64,000 nucleotides of DNA, taken from an uncultured Candidatus Saccharibacteria bacterium (lineage in GTDB: Bacteria > Patescibacteriota > Minisyncoccia > Minisyncoccales > GWA2-38-27). The notes under the pieces were generated by a model. That model saw only the letters and a list, made by a program, of their open reading frames with translations, was not told the origin of the DNA and did no database searches. Of this stretch, positions 44,673-54,178 are shown in pieces. The translations under genes were made by a program, and so were the position numbers. The number at the start of each line of letters is the position of its first letter. Positions within the stretch are counted from its first letter, which is position 1. Location: the NCBI GenBank assembly GCA_964509645.1, contig CAZDXV010000002.1, forward strand, positions 1,934 to 65,933. The letters are read 5' to 3'.

Positions 44673-45721
44673 CTTGGCGCCTCCATTTGGTCAATTTCTG
44701 TTAAAACCTCGTGGAGTTCGTCTAGGTTTTCTAAAACTAAGCCGGCTCCCCTTACTACAGCCGTAGTAGGATCCTCGATAAGCTTTGTGGGTATCTTCAC
44801 TTCCTGCTGTATTAAAACATCCAGCTTTTTAAGCAAACTCCCTCCCCCTGCAAGATATATTCCCTTGTTCATAATATCCGCTACAAGTTCCGGGGGCGTC
44901 TCTTCTATAGTATCTTTTACAGAAGTTACTATTTGTTTTACTGACTTCTCCATGGCTTTTCTGATATCTTTATCTGTTACTATTATCTCCTCTGGAAGAC
45001 CCGTAACAAGATTTCTCCCCCGCAAGGGCATTTCTGAGCCCTCCTCCAGAGGAAGAGCGGAACCTATGCTTATCTTAGCTTTCTCGGCCCCCCTTTCCCC
45101 TATTAAAAGATTGTATTCTTCCTGGGCATATCTGATAATGTCCTGATTAAACTTATCTCCTGCTATTCTTAAGCTTTTAGCTAAAACAACTCCTCCCAGA
45201 GAAATAACTGCTACTTCGGTGGTTCCTCCCCCTATATCGACTATAAAGTTGCCTCCGGGCTCCTGAACGTCCAAACGAGCCCCTATGGCCGCTGCCATCG
45301 GCTCTTCTATTAGAAACACCTGCCTTGCGCCTGCGTTCTTGGCGGCATCGCAAACAGCCTTTTTTTCAACTTCGGTCACCCCATAAGGTATCCCTACTAT
45401 TACCCTGGGTCTGGGACCTATAATAAATTTCCTTTTGTGAACCTTTTCTATGAAATATTTAAGCATTTCTTCTGTAACTTCAAAATCTGAAACTACCCCG
45501 TCTACTAAAGGGCGGGTAGCTGTAATGTATCCCGGAGTTCTTCCGACCATTCTCTGGGCTTCAGCTCCTATGGCTAAAACTTGCCCGGTTTTCTGGTTAA
45601 TGGCGACAACCGAGGGCTCGTTTATAACAATCCCTCTTCCTTTAACATAAACCAAAGAAGTTGCTGTCCCTAAGTCAATAGCTATATCATGTGAAAATTT
45701 GCTTAAAATTCTGTTTATCAT
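44669..45721 (-). CDS. mreB: Rod-shape protein MreB (paralog 1)
   Basis: DIAIDLGTATSLVY, NEPSVVA, DIGGGTTEVAVISLGG, LAGGGSLL. Confidence 0.9.
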   Translation of the reverse strand: MINRILSKFSHDIAIDLGTATSLVYVKGRGIVINEPSVVAINQKTGQVLAIGAEAQRMVGRTPGYITATRPLVDGVVSDFEVTEEMLKYFIEKVHKRKFIIGPRPRVIVGIPYGVTEVEKKAVCDAAKNAGARQVFLIEEPMAAAIGARLDVQEPGGNFIVDIGGGTTEVAVISLGGVVLAKSLRIAGDKFNQDIIRYAQEEYNLLIGERGAEKAKISIGSALPLEEGSEMPLRGRNLVTGLPEEIIVTDKDIRKAMEKSVKQIVTSVKDTIEETPPELVADIMNKGIYLAGGGSLLKKLDVLIQQEVKIPTKLIEDPTTAVVRGAGLVLENLDELHEVLTEIDQMEAPR

Positions 45722-45724
45722 AAT

Positions 45725-47149
45725 TTAATAAGCCTGAGCAAAAAGCCATTTCTGAGAAGCTTTTTTACCGCAGCTAACACATTTTCCCTTAAAAGAGCCT
45801 GAAAGCTTAAGACGGGTAGTGGCTTTAGTTTCCTTTTTAATCTTTTGTTCGCATTTTGGATCTCCGCACCACAGAGATTCAATAAACCCTTTCTCTTTTT
45901 TAATAATTTCTTTAAACTCTTTATAATTGGAAGCTTTTCTGGTATTTTCTTGAAGGTGCTTTTTGCTCTTTTCCAATAGTCTTTCTTGAACCGAATCCAA
46001 AATCTTTTTTACCTGAGAAGGAAGAGAGCTAAAACCAACCTTTCTCTTTTCTCCTGTGTCTCTTCTAGCTAATAAGGCTTTTCCTTCTTTCAGCTCCTTT
46101 TCGCCTATATCAATTCTCAAAGGAACGCCCTTTACCTCCCAGTAATTATATTTCCAACCTAAACTATAATTCTCTCTGAGATCTACCTTTACTCTTAAGC
46201 CCTTTAAATCGCTCTTAATCTTGTCTATCTTTTGAGACAGTTTTTTGTCAACTTTTCCTTTCTTAAGAACAGGAACTACAACCACTTGAATCGGAGCAAG
46301 CTTAGGAGGAAGAACAAGACCTGAATTATCTCCATGAGACATAATTAAAGCGCCTATACTCCTAGTAGAAAGACCCCATGAGGTCTGCCAGGGAACTTTT
46401 TTTTCACCTTTTCTGTCTGAAAACTTAATATCAAAGGCCTTGGCAAAATTCTGCCCTAAATCATGGGAAGTGCACCCTTGGAGAGCCTTCCCGTCCGGCA
46501 TAAGCATTTCGTAGGTATAGGTAGTTAAAGCTCCAGGAAATTTTTCAGCATCAGATTTTACTCCTTTGTAACCCGCTATTGCAAAATAATCTCGGTAAAG
46601 CTGGATATAATTTTCCATCATCTTTTCTGCTGTATCGATTGCTTCTTTGTGGGAGGCGTGGACTGTGTGCCCTTCCTGCCACAAAAATTCTGTTGTTCTT
46701 AAAAATAATCGGGATCTCATTTCCCAACGGACAACATTGCACCATTGGTTTATTAAAAGAGGAAGATCCCGCCAGGAATCAATCCAATCGGCAAACATAT
46801 TGTTTATGATAGTTTCCGAAGTAGGTCTTACAATCAGCTTTTCCTTTAATTTTTTACCTCCGCCGATAGTAACTACTGCTAACTCGGGAGAAAATCCTTC
46901 TACATGCTTTTTTTCTTTTTTCAAAAACTTCTCTGGAATTAAAAGAGGGAAATAGGCATTTTCGGCTCCGGTATTTTTTATCATCTTATCTAAAACGCTC
47001 TGGATATTCTCCCAAAGAGCAAAACCGTAAGGTCTTATCACTTGGCATCCTTTTACGGGTGCATAATCTGCCAACTCTGATTTTATAATCACATCTGTAT
47101 ACCACTGAGAAAAATTATCTGTTTTTTTAATTAAGTGCTTTTTTCCCAT
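45725..47149 (-). CDS. proS: Prolyl-tRNA synthetase, archaeal/eukaryote-like type
   Basis: No INS editing insertion. Class II motifs, a C-terminal Cys-rich domain, and the terminal Tyr typical of this type. Confidence 0.9.
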   Translation of the reverse strand: MGKKHLIKKTDNFSQWYTDVIIKSELADYAPVKGCQVIRPYGFALWENIQSVLDKMIKNTGAENAYFPLLIPEKFLKKEKKHVEGFSPELAVVTIGGGKKLKEKLIVRPTSETIINNMFADWIDSWRDLPLLINQWCNVVRWEMRSRLFLRTTEFLWQEGHTVHASHKEAIDTAEKMMENYIQLYRDYFAIAGYKGVKSDAEKFPGALTTYTYEMLMPDGKALQGCTSHDLGQNFAKAFDIKFSDRKGEKKVPWQTSWGLSTRSIGALIMSHGDNSGLVLPPKLAPIQVVVVPVLKKGKVDKKLSQKIDKIKSDLKGLRVKVDLRENYSLGWKYNYWEVKGVPLRIDIGEKELKEGKALLARRDTGEKRKVGFSSLPSQVKKILDSVQERLLEKSKKHLQENTRKASNYKEFKEIIKKEKGFIESLWCGDPKCEQKIKKETKATTRLKLSGSFKGKCVSCGKKASQKWLFAQAY

Positions 47150-47150
47150 A

Positions 47151-48233
47151 TTAAAATATCCTTATTATATCTCTTACTGTTATAAAAATCATTAAAAGAA
47201 TTAAAAGAATAAAGAAAACTCCGCTTATTTTTTCTATTATTTTAGCATTCAAAGGTCTTCTCCTTATCTTTTCAATTGTAAGAAATAAAAGCCATCCTCC
47301 ATCCAAAGCCGGGATAGGAAGAATATTGATTATAGCAAGGTGAACTGTCAGAACTGCTACAAAATTAAGAAAATAACTGGTGCCAAGCCCTCCTACTCGA
47401 GAAAAAAGCTGAAAGATGCCCACAACTCCTGTAACTTCCATTCCAGCAGGAACTCCTTCTCCCTGAAAAAGACTGGAAAAAAGCATGCCCCAGCTCCTTA
47501 TTATACCCCATGTCAGACTACCGGTGGCCAAAACACCCCTCCAGATAGATTCGTACCAGGGATAGGATTCCAGACCCGTCCTCACTAAAGCTATCCCCAT
47601 AGCTCCCTCCCCTTCTGGTGGAGAAACTCTGGGAGTCAAAGAAAGCTCTAACATATTTCCTCCTCTTTGAATCTTAAGAGTAATTTCTTCTCCCTTGTAC
47701 TTTTTAACAAACTCTTGAATCTGACCTACCTTGTCTACGGCTAAATCTTCGCCTCTAAACTCCGCTCCCCTTATAATGTCTCCTGTTTCCAAGTTCGCTT
47801 TTTGGGCTGGAGAATCAGACTCTACCCCGAGAATCTGAACCTTGGAATCTTTAATCCCTTGAGCCGAATCGTCTATAACAGTGGGAGAGCCCAAACTCAT
47901 AACAATACTTAAAAGAATAACCGCTATAATCCAAAAAGACATAACTCCTCCCGCAATTATTAAAGCCTTTTGCCAATAGGGCTTGACCGTAAAGCTCCTC
48001 GGTTCTTCTATTCTTTTTTCCTGCCCGTATATCTTAACAAAACCTCCAAAAGGTATAAGATTGATAGAATAAATGGTTTCCCCTATTTTCTTTCCCCATA
48101 TTCTGGGAGGATAGCCGAAACCAAACTCCTCTACTTTTACTCCAAACTTTTTGGCTAAAAGAAAATGCCCTAACTCATGAAAAAATATTAGAGCTATTAG
48201 AGAAAATATAGCTATTAAAACAGTAAAAACCAT
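47151..48233 (-). CDS. rseP: Site-2 zinc metalloprotease RseP (M50)
   Basis: HELGHF motif, a PDZ-like insert, and a NILPIPALDGG motif. Confidence 0.9.
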   Translation of the reverse strand: MVFTVLIAIFSLIALIFFHELGHFLLAKKFGVKVEEFGFGYPPRIWGKKIGETIYSINLIPFGGFVKIYGQEKRIEEPRSFTVKPYWQKALIIAGGVMSFWIIAVILLSIVMSLGSPTVIDDSAQGIKDSKVQILGVESDSPAQKANLETGDIIRGAEFRGEDLAVDKVGQIQEFVKKYKGEEITLKIQRGGNMLELSLTPRVSPPEGEGAMGIALVRTGLESYPWYESIWRGVLATGSLTWGIIRSWGMLFSSLFQGEGVPAGMEVTGVVGIFQLFSRVGGLGTSYFLNFVAVLTVHLAIINILPIPALDGGWLLFLTIEKIRRRPLNAKIIEKISGVFFILLILLMIFITVRDIIRIF

Positions 48234-48790
48234 TAAATTTCTTTTATCGCCTTCTTTTTATTTTCTATTGAATCCTGAATTTTTTTATTGTACTCGTCTA
48301 TCAAGCCCTGAAGCTCTTCTTTCGCCTTAAACTTGTCGTCTTCTCTTATTTCTCCTGCTTCTTCTTTGTCCTGAATCTCCCGCCATGCCTCTTCTCTCCA
48401 CCTCCTTATCGTCTTTCTTGCTTCTTCCTGTTTCTCAGAAAGAATATTAATAAGCCTCTGCCTATATTCTTCATTCATTGCAGGAAGCTTTATCCTAACC
48501 ACATTCTGGTCAACAATGGGAGAAGTACCGAGATCCTCTTTGGCTAAGCTTTTTTCGATTGGTTCTAAATAGGATTTATCCCAGGGCTGTATTACAATCT
48601 GTTTAGGATCCGGGGTTGAAATTGCAGCTAGTTGTTTTAAAGGAAACTTTTGGCCGAAACATTCTATTGTAATATCCTCAACCAAAGAAGGATTAGCTCT
48701 TCCCGTCCTTATCTTTTTTAATTCTTCCTTTAAGTAGTTTAAGGCCTTTTCTAGCTCTGGCTTTATATTGTCTATTGCTTCTTGATGCAT
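48233..48790 (-). CDS. frr: Ribosome recycling factor
   Basis: 185 aa with RTGRANPSLVEDI and a LPAMNEEYRQRL pattern. Confidence 0.9.
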   Translation of the reverse strand: MHQEAIDNIKPELEKALNYLKEELKKIRTGRANPSLVEDITIECFGQKFPLKQLAAISTPDPKQIVIQPWDKSYLEPIEKSLAKEDLGTSPIVDQNVVRIKLPAMNEEYRQRLINILSEKQEEARKTIRRWREEAWREIQDKEEAGEIREDDKFKAKEELQGLIDEYNKKIQDSIENKKKAIKEI

Positions 48791-48792
48791 AA

Positions 48793-49689
48793 TTAAAGTG
48801 TGATTAAAAGATTTTCAACAGCAAATTTTAAGCTTACATTTGTAGTATATATTAAAAACTGGGTTGTTTGAAGTTTCTTAATAAAGTTTTTAATTTTTAA
48901 AGGAGAATAACCTTTAAAGCCGGATTTTGAAATTAAGATTTCTCTTAAATACTCGGACCAAACAGATAAAATTTCCATTGTTTTTTCTGAAGATCCTGAA
49001 ATTTCTTTAGCATATTTAAACCTTTCAGAAAAACTGGAATCTTTAAGCTTAAGCAAGTCTAAAATTATATCTTTTCTTTCTTTTAGCTTTTCAGGATAAT
49101 CAATAAAATCTATGACCCTTCCTGGTTTTCCCAGGGAAATTGAGGACAGCTCTTCTGCTTTTTCTTTAGAAATTCCTTTCTTCAAAAGGTATTCCTTTAT
49201 TATCTTTTTTTCAACCGGTGAAAACCTCAGAGTTTGAAGGCGGGAGGTGATAGTAGAAAGAAGGGTCTCAGGATATTCTGTTATCATTATCAGGAGAGTA
49301 TCCCCTTTAGGCTCCTCTAAAAGCTTTAAAAAGCAGCTCTGAGCCGGCAAAGTCATATTGTGGGCCATATCTATTATTCCCACCTTTAAGGGAGCAGAAT
49401 AGGGCTTTAAAGATAAACGAGAGATGAGATCTCTTATCTGGGAAATTTGAATGCTTCCCTTGTTTTCTATTAAGGCTAGATCGGGATGCTTTCTTTTCTC
49501 TACTTCTTTGCAGCTTCTGCACTGGCCACAGGCTTTTTGATTTTCGCAGTAAAGATATTTTATAAAATCTAAAGCTAAAGTTTTCTTTCCTATCTTCTCC
49601 TGACCTGAAAAAAGAACAGCGTGGGGAAGCTTTCCTAGCTCCGAAATTTTTCTTAAAAGAGCTCTCTGTTTTTGATGTCCCAAAACCAT
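48793..49689 (-). CDS. holB: DNA polymerase III delta-prime subunit
   Basis: KLPHAVLFSGQEKIGKKTLA, Zn module CGQCRSC, and FLKLLEEP. Confidence 0.8.
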   Translation of the reverse strand: MVLGHQKQRALLRKISELGKLPHAVLFSGQEKIGKKTLALDFIKYLYCENQKACGQCRSCKEVEKRKHPDLALIENKGSIQISQIRDLISRLSLKPYSAPLKVGIIDMAHNMTLPAQSCFLKLLEEPKGDTLLIMITEYPETLLSTITSRLQTLRFSPVEKKIIKEYLLKKGISKEKAEELSSISLGKPGRVIDFIDYPEKLKERKDIILDLLKLKDSSFSERFKYAKEISGSSEKTMEILSVWSEYLREILISKSGFKGYSPLKIKNFIKKLQTTQFLIYTTNVSLKFAVENLLITL

Positions 49690-50696
49690 TACTTTTTGGA
49701 CATTATGCTTTTTTTGTAAACATCCAGATTGTCTAAAACCATTCCTGTTCCTTTAGCTACGCACAAAAGAGGCTCTTCTGCTATAAAACAAGGAACCCCT
49801 GTAGCTTTAGAGATAAGCTCGTCTATGTTCTTAATCAAAGCCCCTCCTCCGGATATTATCATTCCCTTATCCATAATATCGGCAGCAAGCTCTGGAGGAG
49901 TTTCTCTTAAAACTCTTTTCACAACCTGAACAATTTCGTTTAAGCTTTCTGATATCGCCTCACACACTTCGTTAGAAGATATCTTTACATTTTGAGGAAG
50001 ACCGGATATTAAATGCCTTCCCCTTATCTCGATTTCTTCTGCTTTCTTTTGAGGTACAGCAGTGCCTATTTTCATTTTTACCTCCTCAGCTGTCTGCTCT
50101 CCTACGGCTAAATTGTATTTCTCTTTGATAAAATTAGAAATTGAGACATCCATTTTGTCTCCCCCTACTCTTAGAGAGTCACAAGTCACAACTCCTCCCA
50201 AGGAAATAACGGCTACCTCAGAAGTTCCTCCTCCTATATCTATTATCATGTGGCCTGAGCAGGAATTTATCGGAATTCCGGCTCCGATAGCTGCCAATAC
50301 GGGCTCTTTGGCAAGATACACGCCCTTTGCTCCGGCTGCAGTTCCGGCTTCAATAACAGCTCTTTTTTCTGTTGAGGTGATTCCAGCAGGAACCCCTACT
50401 AGCAATTCAGGTTTAAAAAACTTATAGGTTCCCGGTATCTTTTTTATAAAATAGCGAAGAATAGCTTCTGTCACTCTATAGTCTGCTATCACTCCGTCTC
50501 TTAAGGGTCTATACACTCGGATGGTGTCAGGAGTCCTTCCTGTCATTTCCTTAGCTTCTTTTCCCACAGCTAAAACTCTGTTTTCAGAAAGAGCTACAGC
50601 CACCACAGAGGGTTCATTTAAAACCACTCCTTTTTTGGATATAAAAACGATCGAATTGCAAGTTCCTAAATCTATGCCTATTTTCCTTACAAACAT
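49689..50696 (-). CDS. MreB-like actin homolog (paralog 2)
   Basis: IGIDLGTCNSIVF, NEPSVVAV, DIGGGTSEVAVISLGG, ISGGGALI. Confidence 0.85.
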   Translation of the reverse strand: MFVRKIGIDLGTCNSIVFISKKGVVLNEPSVVAVALSENRVLAVGKEAKEMTGRTPDTIRVYRPLRDGVIADYRVTEAILRYFIKKIPGTYKFFKPELLVGVPAGITSTEKRAVIEAGTAAGAKGVYLAKEPVLAAIGAGIPINSCSGHMIIDIGGGTSEVAVISLGGVVTCDSLRVGGDKMDVSISNFIKEKYNLAVGEQTAEEVKMKIGTAVPQKKAEEIEIRGRHLISGLPQNVKISSNEVCEAISESLNEIVQVVKRVLRETPPELAADIMDKGMIISGGGALIKNIDELISKATGVPCFIAEEPLLCVAKGTGMVLDNLDVYKKSIMSKK

Positions 50697-50697
50697 A

Positions 50698-51999
50698 TTA
50701 TTTTATCCTTTTGATGTCAGCTCCTAGTTTTTTCAACCTTTCTTCTATCTTCTCGTATCCTCTGTCGATTTGATAAATATTGTTTATAACGGTCTCTCCT
50801 TCAGCTATAAGCCCCGCTATTACAAGAGCTGCCCCAGCCCTCAAATCAGAGCTTGGTATTTCAGCTCCTTGCAAAACGGTAGGTCCGTAAACTATGGCTC
50901 TGTGAGGATCGCAGAAAATAATGTCAGCTCCCATTTTATTTAAATCCTCCAAATATTTCAATCTCCCTTCAAACAAAGGATCGTGAATCAGGGTAGGACC
51001 CGGGGTCAAGGTGGCCAAGACGCCTAATTCGGGCTGAAGATCAGTATGAATTCCGGGATAAGGCAGACTTTGTATCTTGTCTATTTTTAAATCCGAAGGG
51101 AAAATTTCGATAGTTTCAGGATCTACAATTTCAATCTTTGCCCCAAAATCGGAAAGTCTTTTTAAAAACAAATCTAAAAAAGAAAGAGGAGCTTTCTTGA
51201 TAACTGCCCACCCTTTCGTGGCTAAAACAGCAGAAATAAAGGTTCCCGTTTCTATAGGATCTGATATTATACTGCATTTAAAACCTTTGAGCTTCTTTTT
51301 CCCTTTTATTTCAAAGCTGTTACATTCTTTTTTTTCTATCTCAGCTCCCATCTGTTTTAAAACCTTAACTAGCTCCTGAACTTGATAATCCTCATCCGCT
51401 ATTTTTAAAACTGTTTTCTTTGGATTCCCGCTGGCAAAGAGCAGGACATTTTCTGTAGCTGTAACGCTGAATTCTCTTAAAACAACCTCAATAGGGTTGT
51501 CTTTTTTAAATTTTAAAACTGTATTGTAGCTTGGCTTAAAATCTTTTCTCTTTTTTAAAATGAAGGCATTGTTTTTTAGCGTCTCTTTAATTCCCATTTG
51601 AGAAAAAGCATCCAAGTGAGTATTGATGGGCCTTGACCCTATAATACATCCTCCGGGAGGAGGCATTTCTACTTTATTAAACCTCGCCAAAAGAGGGCCC
51701 ATTATTAAAATAGAGCCTCTCAGGAATTTAACTATTTCGCTAGGGAGAGCTGAAGGGTCAACAGAAGAGTTCTTGATTTTTATCTTTCTTTCTCCAAGCC
51801 AAGTTATCTCAGAACCCAAACCCTCTAAAATATCTATCATCTTAAAGACATCTTCTATTAGAGGAATATTGGCAATCTCACAGGCTTCTTCTGTTAAAAG
51901 AGTAGCAGCTAATATAGGAAAAGCGGCGTTTTTAGCCCCTTTTATCTCAACTTCTCCTTTAAGAGGTTTCCCTCCTTTTATTACAAATTTGCCGTCCAT
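50698..51999 (-). CDS. murA: UDP-N-acetylglucosamine 1-carboxyvinyltransferase
   Basis: KGAKNAAFPILAA. Active-site PPGGCIIGSRPIN with Cys. Confidence 0.95.
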   Translation of the reverse strand: MDGKFVIKGGKPLKGEVEIKGAKNAAFPILAATLLTEEACEIANIPLIEDVFKMIDILEGLGSEITWLGERKIKIKNSSVDPSALPSEIVKFLRGSILIMGPLLARFNKVEMPPPGGCIIGSRPINTHLDAFSQMGIKETLKNNAFILKKRKDFKPSYNTVLKFKKDNPIEVVLREFSVTATENVLLFASGNPKKTVLKIADEDYQVQELVKVLKQMGAEIEKKECNSFEIKGKKKLKGFKCSIISDPIETGTFISAVLATKGWAVIKKAPLSFLDLFLKRLSDFGAKIEIVDPETIEIFPSDLKIDKIQSLPYPGIHTDLQPELGVLATLTPGPTLIHDPLFEGRLKYLEDLNKMGADIIFCDPHRAIVYGPTVLQGAEIPSSDLRAGAALVIAGLIAEGETVINNIYQIDRGYEKIEERLKKLGADIKRIK

Positions 52000-52073
52000 A
52001 GATTATATTCCATCTTAATCTAAATTTCATCAATTGGCAAGAAGGAAAAAGTGTTTCAAAAAACATCTTTTTC

Positions 52074-52082
52074 TGTTAAAAT
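52074..52082 (+). promoter_or_regulatory. Extended -10 box TGtTAAAAT, 6 nt before ATG 52089
   Basis: Read directly: TGTTAAAATtacagaATG. Confidence 0.4.
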
Positions 52083-52088
52083 TACAGA

Positions 52089-53426
52089 ATGACAAAAAGA
52101 AAAAGGAAAATTTTAATAGCTGTCTTAGCGCTGTTTTTTGCTGTTGCGGCCCCCTTAACTATATTTTATTCTTTAGGCTGGCGTTTTGACTGGAGCAAAA
52201 AAGAAATAACAAGGCCTGGCATTTTCTTTTTTAAAGTAAAACCAAATTCTGCCAAAGTTCTTATAAACGGAGAGTCAGAAGACAAAACCGATTTTTTCTT
52301 CGGTTCTGTTGTTATAGACAACCTTCTCCCCAAAAAATACCAGGTGCTAATAAAAAAAGAAAACTACCATAATTGGGGAAAAAACCTTGAAATAAAAAGA
52401 GGAGAAGTGACAGAAGCTAAAAATATTATCTTAATACCTCAAAATCCAGATTTTGAAAAAATATCCCAAAACACAGAGAGTTTTTACTTTAAAAACGGAG
52501 AAATAATTTTAAAGGAAGAAGAAGAAAGCTGGGCCCTAAAATCGTATGACCTTAAAAACAATGTAAAAAGCCTTTTGACAGAAGATTTTTCAAAAAAAGA
52601 ATCTGATTTAATAGATATTCTTTTTTTTGAAGAAAGCTCAGATCTTTTGGCAAAACTTTTTGAAGGAGAGAGCTTCAGCTACTATATTATAAAAAGAAAC
52701 CCTCTGGAAATAATACCCCTTGATTTTCTTCCCAGTCCGGAAAAGGTTTACTTAGAAAAAAACAGCCTTTTTGTCCTTAAACAGGGAAAACTAAGAAAAG
52801 CCGACCTGCCAGAAAAAGAACTTTCAGAACCTCTTGTAGAAGATATTGTTTCTTTAGAAACAGAAAAGGCAGAGGTATTTTATCTTGACTCCGAAGGGCT
52901 TCTGTTCCAAAGCGATTTGTCTTTCCAAGAGAAAACAAAGCTTAACAGAAAGGCCTTTCCTATTAAAAAAGAAACAGAATATTCTTTAAAGGTATCCCCT
53001 CCCCATTTCTTTTTAAAGGAAAAAAACTCTCTTTATTACTTAAAAGACCAAGTTTTTAAAAAAATAGCAGATAATATTAAAGATTTTAAATTCTCCCCAG
53101 ACAGAAAAAAAATAGCTTATTCCAACAACGGAGAACTCTGGCTTTACATTTTGGAGGACACTAACGAATATCCAAAAAGAAAAGCGGGAGAAAAAGTTTT
53201 TATCACCCGCTTGTCAGAAGAAATAAAGGATGTTTTCTGGTACACAAACCATTATCTGGTTTTCAGTACGGCAAAAGATATTAAAATAGCTGAGACCGAC
53301 GACCGGGATAAAATAAACATGGTTTCTTTAGCCCAGTTCAAAAATCCTGAAATTTTTTGGGAAAGCCCTGAACTGTATTTTCTTTCAGAAAATAATTTCT
53401 ACATTTCAGAAACTCTAATCCCTTAA
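52089..53426 (+). CDS. Membrane-anchored PEGA-domain protein with TolB-like C-terminal beta-propeller region (tentative)
   Basis: N-terminal TM helix. PEGA-like KVLINGES...LLPKKYQVLIKKENYHNW. C-terminal FSPDRKKIAYSNNGELWLY. Confidence 0.55.
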   Translation: MTKRKRKILIAVLALFFAVAAPLTIFYSLGWRFDWSKKEITRPGIFFFKVKPNSAKVLINGESEDKTDFFFGSVVIDNLLPKKYQVLIKKENYHNWGKNLEIKRGEVTEAKNIILIPQNPDFEKISQNTESFYFKNGEIILKEEEESWALKSYDLKNNVKSLLTEDFSKKESDLIDILFFEESSDLLAKLFEGESFSYYIIKRNPLEIIPLDFLPSPEKVYLEKNSLFVLKQGKLRKADLPEKELSEPLVEDIVSLETEKAEVFYLDSEGLLFQSDLSFQEKTKLNRKAFPIKKETEYSLKVSPPHFFLKEKNSLYYLKDQVFKKIADNIKDFKFSPDRKKIAYSNNGELWLYILEDTNEYPKRKAGEKVFITRLSEEIKDVFWYTNHYLVFSTAKDIKIAETDDRDKINMVSLAQFKNPEIFWESPELYFLSENNFYISETLIP

Positions 53427-54109
53427 TCTGCTTCCTGGATCTTGGACTTTAGCTCTTCCCACCTCATCTCCCCTTCCTCTCCTAATTCACAAACTGCTCT
53501 GTATTCGCAGTAGCCACAGGGCCACTTAGCAGGATATTCTGGTATCCTGGGAGGAACTACATCAGATTCTATCTGGCTTTTTAATTTTCTTAGTCCCTCT
53601 ATCATTTCTTTTGTTTTATTTTTGTCGTACTCTACAATAAACTCTTTTAACTGAAGTTTATCTTTATCGACATAAAGAAGAATTCCTTTCGGTATTCTAA
53701 AATAGTGAAGATAAAATTGGAGCTGATCTACATTGTCCTCTTTTGGCTCTGTCATTTTCTGAAACATCATACTATTCATGCTTTTAATATCTAAAACATA
53801 GAGATCTTTCCCGTCAGAAACTATAGCGTCAGCTCTCCCTCTTACCAGTTCCTGGGGAGGAATATCCACTTCAGAAGCTACCACATGGATATCTCTTGTA
53901 CTTAAAAGGGGTTTCATTATGAGCTGGTGCATATGGTCTCCGTGGTCAAACAGTCTTAAAATATTGGCTTCCAGCTCTTTTTTAGGAGCGTTCTTAAACT
54001 TAAAGAAAACTTGCCTGGGACACTTCCCAGCTTGGGAAACATAAAAGCTTGTTTGAACTCTGTCTTTATTGCTGTCTAAATAAAATTTGTCTATAATTTC
54101 CTTTAGCAT
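53423..54109 (-). CDS. Stand-alone Cas4/RecB-family PD-(D/E)xK nuclease with 4-Cys cluster
   Basis: N-terminal Cys (GKCPRQ), RADAI...LDIKS (D...DxK), QLQFY (QxxxY), and C-terminal CGYCEYRAVC (Cx2Cx5C). Confidence 0.75.
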   Translation of the reverse strand: MLKEIIDKFYLDSNKDRVQTSFYVSQAGKCPRQVFFKFKNAPKKELEANILRLFDHGDHMHQLIMKPLLSTRDIHVVASEVDIPPQELVRGRADAIVSDGKDLYVLDIKSMNSMMFQKMTEPKEDNVDQLQFYLHYFRIPKGILLYVDKDKLQLKEFIVEYDKNKTKEMIEGLRKLKSQIESDVVPPRIPEYPAKWPCGYCEYRAVCELGEEGEMRWEELKSKIQEAD

Positions 54110-54142
54110 TGTTTCAGTTTACCCCCAAAAAGATTTTTAGGC

Positions 54143-54171
54143 AAATAAAAAAGCCCGGGGGAAACCGGGCT
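54143..54171 (-). terminator. Rho-independent terminator ending the infA...rpsI operon
   Basis: Stem agcccgg/ccgggct, 6-nt loop, T-run on the minus strand. Confidence 0.7.
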
Positions 54172-54178
54172 GAAAACT

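Noticed and set aside
51999-52012. TATAAT box only 3 nt upstream of the murA ATG as another leaderless promoter
   Set aside because: The spacing is too short for transcription to start at or before the ATG, so it does not fit the pattern seen at the other genes.
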